64,000 nucleotides of DNA, from positions 14,632,001 through 14,696,000 of the forward strand of contig NC_047070.1 of assembly GCF_902459465.1 (NCBI RefSeq). The letters are read 5' to 3'. Shown here in pieces: positions 60,901 through 64,000 of the stretch. This DNA is from Asterias rubens (lineage: Eukaryota). Each line of letters starts with the position of its first letter. Position 1 is the first letter of the stretch. Below the pieces are notes generated by a model. That model ran no database searches and had not been told where the DNA came from. It was given only the letters and a program-made list of their open reading frames with translations. A program made the translations under genes and the position numbers.

Positions 60901-63654
60901 ATAACCAATACCATAAACTAAAAAGAAAGCAAAATATTTTTACATTATAGGAAAGCTCCATAAAGAAAGAGGCTAGAATAAAATTCATCTGACAACTAAC
61001 ACCTGTTATATTCATGTAATTGGAATTCCTTTTCCAAACAGTCGACTATTTGATTGGTCCTAAGTTGGACATGTCAGCCAATGAGAGCACAATGTTTGCA
61101 AGGCGTTTGTTACCTTTTTGGAGGGAATCTTTCTTGCTGAGTTTCTCTTTTTTTTTTTTTTTTTTTGGCACCTTTTCATCTGTGTAAAAGGGCCTTGTCA
61201 CACGAGACAATTTACAGGCAACCAGTTCCAGGCAATCACATTTCAATGTTCACAGTGTTTTTCTTTGGGACTGGAATACATTGTTTGAAGAATGACTCAT
61301 GTGCTACGAAATTGATACTGAAGGAAGCATTGCAGTTAGTTGCCTCCAAGTTGCCCCGTGTGACAAGGCCCTGTGTTCATTATACAGGCATGCAACTGCC
61401 CGTAAAAAAAAAAAGACGCAAGTGCGGAGCGAGGCAGCCGAAACACCACGGGACATGATACCCACAATTGTACCCTAGAAAGTGTTGAGGTTTATTATGC
61501 TCTTACGTGCATTGTTAGCATGTTGTACACTGTTGTTGCCAGGCATATATTAGGCTTTTAAAAAAAATCAAAAAACACAAAAGCAAAAAGCGGAATTCCG
61601 CGGAAACGCGGAAGAGTTGCATGCCTGATTATACATCATATGATAGCAGTAAGGTAGAAATTAGTTCATATAAGAATTATTATATTTGACTATAGTTGCT
61701 GATAGAATACTATTTCGGAAAACTTACTCTCATGCTTGCCAAAATTATTCACATGATGAACCCGCCCTGAGGTAGTCATTACACATTTGATCTCGTCGTC
61801 TGCCACTGAGGTGATAACGCATGCGTAGTCATCCATGCTGACGGTGACATCGCTGGCATTGGAGCCAAAGCCGGCCCCAGTCAGGGTGACCATCGTGCCC
61901 CCTTGGAATGAGCCTTGGTCCGGGAACATTCCGGTCACTTCAAGCTCGTATTTGAATTGGATTCCGCTGATTTGTAGAATCAAATACAAGAGAGAAAATG
62001 TCTCAACGGAACGTTTGGTTGTTTGGAACCGATCACTTTTAATATTAAATAAATGTAGACATGTACAATAAAACTAACCTGTGAAAGTTAAACAGATTTT
62101 AAAGAAAATCCTGAGCATTTTATGTTCCCGGCAAGAATTATACTCCGTTATTGGAATACACAATCTGAGAAACGTTTCTGACAGTAACATTTCTCAGATT
62201 ACAATTTTGGGGGACAAAAACTTATAGTTTTTCCATAACCACAAAACTTTGAGGTAAAATTATTCTCTGAATGTTTTATACTACCAAAAGCTGCTGTACT
62301 CTAATGTACTCTAATGAGGTAAGTTTGTATTGCTAAGTGCACAAGATTCAAGCTCTTGTAGCTGAGACAATAGAGTATGCGTTCAAATCTCATATGAATT
62401 TCCTTAATCATGTTTGCTATTACAGGATTTGAGGCATTGCATGGTGAGGTATCAATATATATTTGGTTTGTGGTAACACAATGTGTGTATCTACTTGCCG
62501 GGTAGAGTTTGTTCTTAGTGAACTGTCTTGCTTTATTCTCCTACCGCAGAGTAGATGTTCAGGGGTTCGGGAGACTTCTCAGTTCTGAAAAAAACTGTCC
62601 TGCTTTTTAACTATTACCCGGGCGGATGGTATATAGCAAATAGGCTTGGACTACTAATTTAGCTTATAGGATTGTGATTAACTGTACTACCGCGAAGTCG
62701 GTTCTTAAATTGGTCTCAACGTTTCGACTAGCTTGCTCAAGCCATCGTCAGAAGACTGTTTGTTATTTATGCATTTGTTAAAACTAAATTTGTTACAGAG
62801 AAAGATTTACGTACACAGCAGCAAAGCCCTGGTCGGTAACCGTCAACTCAATGTAGTAGACACCTGGAAAATTGGCCGGTATGGTGCACTTGATCTCAGT
62901 GTCTGTTTGAACTTCAACCTCACACTTTGCGCTCCCGATTTTGATCTCTGCACCACTGACTCCAAAACCATGGCCAGAGATAACAAGGAGGTCTCCACCT
63001 GAAAAAGAGTCAAGTGGGTGGGGAAGAATTGTTGTCTTAAAAGAGAGATTTGAGATGGTAGGTGAAAGCAGACATATCAGGTAAACTTTCAGGCTGGAAG
63101 AAAACAAGAGGGCCCAATTTCATAGCACTGCTTAACATTTTCGTGCTTATTGTAGCAGAAACATTTGCTAAGGTGCAAGCCTTTTTCACAGGTTTTCGCA
63201 AGAAAATTAGGCGGCCATCTTGCGCCTTCACCATTTATTTCCATTGTCAGATTGTGATGTCATTTATTTTCATGCAGTAAGCACCGGAAGTTAAGCATGC
63301 CTTTTCGTGTGCTTTCGGTTAGCATCATCGCTATGAAATGGAAATCATACAGTAGCACAAAATCAGCCATTACGCAACTCTATGAAACTGGGTCCTGTTT
63401 ATAAGTTCACTTGACAGACACAAATTAAAATGCTTTTAAAAATATCAGTTCAATGTCTCATAACACTCTATACATTCTGATAAAAGCAACCTCAAATTAC
63501 CACGAACGCTGGAGACATCTTGACTGATTGCAGTGATTGCTGGGGTCAGCGAGGTGTCAAAACTGAAGAAGTCCTCCTTTGTGATTGAGTAATCATTCAC
63601 CACGATGACCAGGTCTACAGTGTGGATTGAACGTCTCCTGCGACGTGATGAAAC
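20466..63654 (-). CDS. PKHD1L1: Fibrocystin-L-like protein, 3' portion (41 exons, 3,502 aa in window): IPT/TIG repeats, cupredoxin-like insert, G8 x2, PbH1 beta-helix regions, SEA-like module, TM, cytoplasmic beta-grasp-like + MYND finger
   Basis: Many blocks match remembered human PKHD1L1 (e.g. DNADFYYIDVWSS, AGQAFRLGRYPIHFH, LEDGIETGNIIQYNL, VNPSDCVDMDCD, RRLSPLAM..GYVDLINGPQD). Every exon junction is phase-compatible and the exons sum to 10,509 nt, ending in TAA at 20466-20468. Confidence 0.95.
20722..20925 (+). mobile_element. Related degenerate hammerhead element with inverted 5' arm
   Basis: ctgaaga-c-tagcag agtata ctgtt..cgtcgag at 20807-20845; 20726-20770 is inverted to ~20862-20910. 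Confidence 0.55.
21385..22312 (+). mobile_element. Penelope-type element with degenerate hammerhead (21684-21720) and inverted 5' arm, interrupted by a nested element at 21763-22271
   Basis: Left arm 21410-21467 is the reverse complement of 21746-21762 + 22272-22312; cagaaga-c-gatcag..ctgatc-gaaacgtc core. Confidence 0.7.
21763..22271 (+). mobile_element. ~510-bp hairpin-rich non-autonomous element (Crypton-like), copy 1
   Basis: Internal 43+1+43 palindrome 22092-22178 and hairpin around gaggcggagccgag; inserted without a TSD; family name from recall only. Confidence 0.65.
22378..22647 (-). CDS. PKHD1L1: PKHD1L1-like exon 40 (predicted beta-grasp/ubiquitin-like domain)
   Basis: 270-nt open exon, phase 1/1; the fold call is an inference from the strand-strand-helix-strand pattern. 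Confidence 0.8.
23174..23292 (-). CDS. PKHD1L1: PKHD1L1-like exon 39 (cytoplasmic, low complexity)
   Basis: YQDPNLNGRSTPNTARRTPEVEVTALPPGFTETSGQQER; phase 2/1. Confidence 0.8.
23355..23681 (-). mobile_element. Full-length tRNA-derived V-SINE-like element; 3' half also at ~5645-5790 (+)
   Basis: Box A/B head (ggttcgattcc), V-domain-like gagggtttt..ccagttttcctccc, tail aattcagct..ctgcgagt + (att)n. Confidence 0.8.
24098..24173 (-). CDS. PKHD1L1: PKHD1L1-like exon 38 (cytoplasmic)
   Basis: GMKGNRVEAVPLTEPNFKDEGQERSL; donor CT|GTAAGT; phase 1/2. Confidence 0.8.
24514..24613 (-). CDS. PKHD1L1: PKHD1L1-like exon 37: transmembrane helix (PPFPDCVIIIIVSLGPVILLTIVLTAWKFCKCR)
   Basis: ~22 hydrophobic residues then KFCKCR (positive-inside); strong acceptor and G|GTGAG donor; phase 0/1. 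Confidence 0.88.
24662..25175 (-). mobile_element. Same ~510-bp element, copy 2, inverted relative to copy 1
   Basis: About 97% identical to 21763-22271 by eye. Confidence 0.8.
25735..25767 (-). CDS. PKHD1L1: PKHD1L1-like micro-exon 36 (ATTTEIQAKKA)
   Basis: 33 nt; ttttccag acceptor, GCG|GTAAG donor; phase 0/0. Confidence 0.75.
25860..26225. mobile_element. Second tRNA-headed family with the same inverted + partial tandem layout; other copies ~39060-39300, 41710-41920, 59135-59232
   Basis: tRNA-like (-) ~25950-26010 and (+) ~26140-26215; arm 25860-25905 recurs inverted at ~26010-26070. Confidence 0.65.
26256..26282 (-). CDS. PKHD1L1: PKHD1L1-like micro-exon 35 (TTEPSETTA)
   Basis: 27 nt; GCG|GTAAGT donor; phase 0/0. 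Confidence 0.65.
26457..26972. mobile_element. tRNA-headed element with 5' inversion and partial tandem unit, flanked by a 13-bp TSD
   Basis: gtttgtaataatt at 26444-26456 and 26973-26985; two inverted 73-nt tRNA-like cloverleaves. Confidence 0.8.
26876..26948 (+). tRNA. tRNA-Asn(GTT)-like sequence, probably a SINE head/pseudo-tRNA (inverted copy 26526-26598)
   Basis: 7-bp acceptor ggctaga/tctagtc, D-arm gctc/gagc, T-loop ttcgaat; but C at position 33, C31-T39 and T-stem mismatches; embedded in a repeat. Confidence 0.45.
27006..27047 (-). CDS. PKHD1L1: PKHD1L1-like micro-exon 34 (ATTTEMLEITATTV)
   Basis: 42 nt; long poly-Y acceptor, GTG|GTAAG donor; phase 0/0. Confidence 0.75.
27488..27853 (+). 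mobile_element. tRNA-derived CORE-type SINE, near full length; other copies ~34345-34622(-), 36420-36612(+), 39675-40010(-), 47005-47235(+), 58680-58800(-), 60352-60672(+)
   Basis: Head gtgtcgtggccgag..gggttcgagtccc, core ctctccacccaggggtaaatgggtacc, L2-like tail aagcgctttgag..aagcgctatataaa(att)n. Confidence 0.85.
27938..28098 (-). CDS. PKHD1L1: PKHD1L1-like exon 33 (SEA-like C-half, GSILV)
   Basis: Acceptor ccaatcctag|GA, donor GAG|GTAAGT; phase 1/0. Confidence 0.85.
28740..29136 (-). CDS. PKHD1L1: PKHD1L1-like exon 32 (beta-sandwich repeat 2 + SEA-like N-half)
   Basis: LGGQLETTFDLSTGQANFTNL; phase 0/1. Confidence 0.88.
29507..29818. mobile_element. MITE with atagagttat..aactagagggcgcactg TIRs
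   Basis: ~35-bp inverted termini; internal aaaatggccgc x2. Confidence 0.65.
29837..30205 (-). CDS. PKHD1L1: PKHD1L1-like exon 31 (beta-sandwich repeat 1)
   Basis: LSGNLTVSFISGWANFTDL; phase 0/0. Confidence 0.9.
30702..30867 (-). CDS. PKHD1L1: PKHD1L1-like exon 30
   Basis: SLVIYTQP...PFIQQP; phase 2/0. Confidence 0.88.
31081..31320 (+). mobile_element. Second tRNA-headed SINE family (same head, different body); copies ~25205-25400(-), 33663-34065(-), 38900-39035(-), 40912-41135(+), 44352-44585(+), 53790-54115(-), 63700-63792(-, head)
   Basis: Shared head, then gatgggacgtaaagcc..gtgcacttatcgtaaagagaaggggttcgccc. Confidence 0.8.
31467..31686 (-). CDS. PKHD1L1: PKHD1L1-like exon 29
   Basis: LLNITITSMSMTDPV; phase 1/2. 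Confidence 0.88.
32177..32669 (-). CDS. PKHD1L1: PKHD1L1-like exon 28 (polybasic RRRRR site)
   Basis: GENYFDRTTQTLWMLIKG...GRRRRRAV...IEIGPPP; phase 0/1. Confidence 0.93.
33292..33335 (-). ncRNA. Hammerhead motif copy with G12>A core mutation
   Basis: GUCUC-CUGACGA-u-GACUA..UAGUC-AAAA-CGUU-GAGAC. Confidence 0.6.
33368..33554 (-). CDS. PKHD1L1: PKHD1L1-like exon 27
   Basis: YTCQERISTF...PQRLDVY; phase 2/0. Confidence 0.93.
33663..34065 (-). mobile_element. Full-length copy of the second SINE family with (ATT)n tail
   Basis: Head at ~34060, tail at 33663-33682. Confidence 0.78.
34642..34843 (-). CDS. PKHD1L1: PKHD1L1-like exon 26
   Basis: DTEIRRLSPLA...GPQDAGWC; phase 1/2. Confidence 0.95.
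35360..35592 (-). CDS. PKHD1L1: PKHD1L1-like exon 25
   Basis: VNPSDCVDMDCDG...GLGDYRIPK; phase 2/1. Confidence 0.95.
35643..36028. mobile_element. Kolobok-like palindromic MITE (TTAA-AGG...CCT-TTAA); related TTAA elements at ~53265-53650, 43980-44350, 55145-55530
   Basis: ttaaaggaacac...gtgttcctttaa termini; long internal inverted repeat centred on gggagtcaaatttttgactccc. Confidence 0.75.
36715..36877 (-). CDS. PKHD1L1: PKHD1L1-like exon 24
   Basis: IMTNRLSEDAMHP...KLYIHTP; phase 1/2. Confidence 0.9.
36965..38640 (-). mobile_element. 5'-truncated non-LTR retrotransposon (CR1/L2, Jockey-group-like) in intron 23
   Basis: RT ORF begins mid-protein (..EASEGIFPNMWKT); T-rich 3'UTR, terminal stem-loop (ttcggctttttagccg) and aataaa-rich tail. 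Confidence 0.9.
37346..38611 (-). CDS. LINE ORF2 reverse transcriptase domain + C-terminus (421 aa, uninterrupted)
   Basis: LRPISLT, QYG, VDFTKAFDRVNH, GVPQGTKLGP, YVDD motifs. Confidence 0.95.
   Translation of the reverse strand: MWKTATVVPIPKERNISSFDQLRPISLTPIFARVFETFIARWLLEEISTKLDPKQYGNIKGSSTVYYLVDMLNYVHRGIDMPNYYAKLCTVDFTKAFDRVNHNIVINKLIKLGVRRSIIPTVCSFLTDRTQNTKLHGVVSTTRDISCGVPQGTKLGPILFLVLVNDASVGGCGRWKYVDDLTLGEVVKYDQQSSIQDHLDNLSTWCKSNDVLPKPEKCCTMTISFLKRDVPQTLVFLNSINLRCATSIKLLGVTVQNNLKWDIHIAEVVSKASRRLYTLCVLRKSKVPTTDMVAVYTCYIRPVLEYASQVWHSSITERQVIAVENVQKRAARIILGLQYQSYTMALELLGISSLKSRREDLFIKFGKNLLGSSKFRNMLPPEKTTTRDRVLRASTVTGLHIPKCRTERYKRSTIPALARIL
39329..39506 (-). CDS. PKHD1L1: PKHD1L1-like exon 23
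   Basis: GGGYTGIVWPSF...NLAP; phase 0/1. Confidence 0.9.
39675..40010 (-). mobile_element. CORE-type SINE copy
   Basis: Reverse complement of the 27488 family, head to tail. Confidence 0.8.
41385..41558 (-). CDS. PKHD1L1: PKHD1L1-like exon 22
   Basis: TLVDNNIAIFP...SLIVG; phase 0/0. Confidence 0.9.
42012..42373 (-). CDS. PKHD1L1: PKHD1L1-like exon 21 (PbH1)
   Basis: FPGTYQDR...CWDYGIYAQ; phase 1/0. Confidence 0.93.
42898..43131 (-). CDS. PKHD1L1: PKHD1L1-like exon 20 (PbH1)
   Basis: ARISNVQFFHTGQEGF...FSPAIGVYGT; phase 1/1. Confidence 0.93.
43746..43901 (-). CDS. PKHD1L1: PKHD1L1-like exon 19
   Basis: LAAEVGLLTRNIKIEG...GARVLVG; phase 1/1. Confidence 0.92.
45110..45355 (-). CDS. PKHD1L1: PKHD1L1-like exon 18
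   Basis: GVFGGLDLHG...DWVVGDEIVVATSS; phase 1/1. Confidence 0.92.
45925..46176 (-). CDS. PKHD1L1: PKHD1L1-like exon 17 (G8 domain 2)
   Basis: KWMVADVMLP...GPNLGSKALG; phase 1/1. Confidence 0.93.
46512..46957 (+). mobile_element. L2-like LINE 3' fragment (ORF2 C-terminus, 3'UTR, (ATT)n tail)
   Basis: QRIIFK..KALNGKAP.Y.SELL..YTPSRNLRSS..GDRSFS.AAP..WNSLP typical of the L2/CR1 ORF2 end; ends in gcgccttga...gcgcgttacaa(att)n. Confidence 0.88.
47328..47555 (-). CDS. PKHD1L1: PKHD1L1-like exon 16 (G8 domain 2 start)
   Basis: YQCFFKNCVRP...LWSRAASW; weak donor G|GTTATT; phase 1/1. Confidence 0.85.
48444..50081 (-). CDS. PKHD1L1: PKHD1L1-like exon 15 (PbH1 beta-helix region)
   Basis: 1,638-nt open exon; GRYPIHFH, NPNNTLRHNAAAGG; phase 1/1. 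Confidence 0.97.
51084..51284 (-). CDS. PKHD1L1: PKHD1L1-like exon 14
   Basis: EMRAEVGLLTHNVKFRG; phase 1/1. Confidence 0.92.
51638..51805 (-). CDS. PKHD1L1: PKHD1L1-like exon 13
   Basis: VPVTWTRLAQTA...IATTGHRHSQ; phase 1/1. Confidence 0.92.
53020..53229 (-). CDS. PKHD1L1: PKHD1L1-like exon 12 (G8 domain 1)
   Basis: GTLMFDEADIELHAENILI...GAKTLAVRNGTLDLHG; phase 1/1. Confidence 0.95.
54182..54338 (-). CDS. PKHD1L1: PKHD1L1-like exon 11 (G8 domain 1 start)
   Basis: DNADFYYIDVWSSRYTWG; phase 0/1. Confidence 0.93.
54826..54976 (-). CDS. PKHD1L1: PKHD1L1-like exon 10 (last TIG)
   Basis: VSIGGSECTIQSESTTEIICQT; phase 2/0. Confidence 0.9.
55505..55945 (+). mobile_element. CORE-type SINE copy with internal 31-bp tandem amplification
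   Basis: aatgggtacctagtgagggcacccaggtgtc x3 plus a partial copy at ~55635-55745. Confidence 0.8.
56063..56378 (-). CDS. PKHD1L1: PKHD1L1-like exon 9 (IPT/TIG)
   Basis: GSFGGGRVLRIDG...GGTAGGTTLRITGYGF; phase 1/2. Confidence 0.9.
56557..56687. repeat. 48-bp tandem repeat, ~2.7 copies
   Basis: gtgcattttcatctcatcatttttactattgcaaacttgacacactat. Confidence 0.9.
56933..57181 (-). CDS. PKHD1L1: PKHD1L1-like exon 8 (IPT/TIG)
   Basis: GTTDQSITISGSSF; phase 1/1. Confidence 0.9.
57355..58421 (-). CDS. PKHD1L1: PKHD1L1-like exon 7 (several IPT/TIG repeats)
   Basis: 1,067-nt open exon with repeated P..GS..GG..ITI.G.GF motifs; phase 2/1. Confidence 0.95.
59299..59455 (-). CDS. PKHD1L1: PKHD1L1-like exon 6
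   Basis: Cys-containing linker ending FWTCSTPFITDISPN; phase 1/2. Confidence 0.85.
60026..60202 (-). CDS. PKHD1L1: PKHD1L1-like exon 5
   Basis: GVFAFKFSALGTYYYSSGPVDD; phase 1/1. Confidence 0.9.
60732..60917 (-). CDS. PKHD1L1: PKHD1L1-like exon 4 (cupredoxin-like segment; GC donor)
   Basis: YGIGYRWTPNFLSVTAGDVVVWQW; donor AAG|GCGAGT; phase 1/1. Confidence 0.85.
61189..61370. mobile_element. MITE with agggccttgtcacacg TIRs (partial copy ~57213-57290)
   Basis: 16-bp perfect inverted termini. Confidence 0.7.
61385..61627. mobile_element. hAT-like MITE with caggcatgcaact TIRs and 6-bp TSD
   Basis: attata at 61379-61384 and 61628-61633. Confidence 0.8.
61728..61966 (-). CDS. PKHD1L1: PKHD1L1-like exon 3 (IPT/TIG)
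   Basis: YELEVTGMFPDQGSFQGGT; phase 2/1. Confidence 0.9.
62422..62758 (-). mobile_element. Penelope-type non-autonomous element carrying a minimal hammerhead ribozyme; sister copy 33002-33338; fragments ~15040-15080, 46222-46250, 48190-48345
   Basis: The two copies are colinear over ~335 bp; hammerhead core at the 5' end. Confidence 0.75.
62713..62756 (-). ncRNA. Minimal type I hammerhead ribozyme motif (PLE-type)
   Basis: GUCUU-CUGACGA-u-GGCUUG agcaag CUAGUC-GAAA-CGU-U-GAGAC: stem I, core, stem II, palindromic ACGU stem III, GUU cleavage triplet. Confidence 0.75.
62815..62998 (-). CDS. PKHD1L1: PKHD1L1-like exon 2 (IPT/TIG)
   Basis: GGDLLVISGHGF; donor GT|GTACGT chosen because the next exon needs phase 2. 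Confidence 0.8.
63501..63654 (-). CDS. PKHD1L1: PKHD1L1-like window exon 1 (TIG linker, VSSRRRRS)
   Basis: Acceptor tttgaag|GTT, donor G|GTAATT; phase 0/1. Confidence 0.85.
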
Positions 63655-64000
63655 CTTCAAAGATAATGAAGAAAAAGACGCAGCAATAATGCGCAGGTGT
63701 CATGGTTTTAAGAACACAAGTTTCAAGGCTGGGACTCGAACCCACACTCTGCTGATCAAAACCACCAGAGCTTGAGCTTGGTGTTCTATCCGTTTTTTAT
63801 ATAAGCAAAATAATAATTCCACTAATAATGAATAACATTCACATCTTTTCTAAAAATAAAAATAAATAAAAAAACACACAAACAACCTCACAGACGAAAC
63901 ACCAACCTGAGTATCTAATGAAATGACGCACTTAATCAGGTCATATGATGATTCCTTTATGAGGCATGGCAAACTCCCAACGGTGACATTGACATTGGAA

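Noticed and set aside
62809-62814. Alternative donor TAC|GTAAAT for exon 2
   Set aside because: It gives phase 0, which is incompatible with the phase-2 acceptor of exon 3; GT|GTACGT was used instead. A hidden micro-exon cannot be excluded

Overview
This is AT-rich animal genomic DNA with spliced genes and dense repeats, not prokaryotic. The gene and SINE/MITE content suggest an invertebrate deuterostome, probably an echinoderm such as a sea star (inference). There are three protein-coding genes, all on the minus strand. (1) The 3' ~3,500 codons of a fibrocystin-L (PKHD1L1)-like gene occupy 41 exons at 20,466-63,654. I traced these by hand; all splice phases are compatible, summing to 10,509 nt = 3,502 aa + stop, and the 5' end lies beyond the window. 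(2) A complete 106-aa SMIM19 orthologue has 3 coding exons at 14,782-16,203; none of these exons appears in the supplied ORF track in its coding frame. (3) The first two coding exons of ZFYVE28/lst-2 are at 11,889-11,924 and 356-509, and the gene continues past position 1. The most striking result is the C-terminus of the fibrocystin-L protein. After the vertebrate-like ectodomain it adds a duplicated beta-sandwich, a SEA-like module with a GSIxV motif, a Thr-rich stalk encoded by three symmetric micro-exons, a TM helix, and a ~215-aa cytoplasmic tail with a predicted beta-grasp domain and a terminal MYND-type zinc finger. Vertebrate PKHD1L1 has almost no tail, so this may be an undescribed receptor-to-effector signalling architecture. 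The introns hold an intact-ORF 5'-truncated LINE RT, an L2 3' fragment, CORE-, V- and other tRNA-derived SINEs, and many MITEs (Harbinger-, Kolobok-, hAT5/6-, Ginger- and Crypton-like). They also hold Penelope-type hammerhead-ribozyme elements and tRNA-headed elements with an inverted plus partial-tandem structure. Protein and repeat family names come from my recall of known sequences and motifs; no alignment or database search was run.
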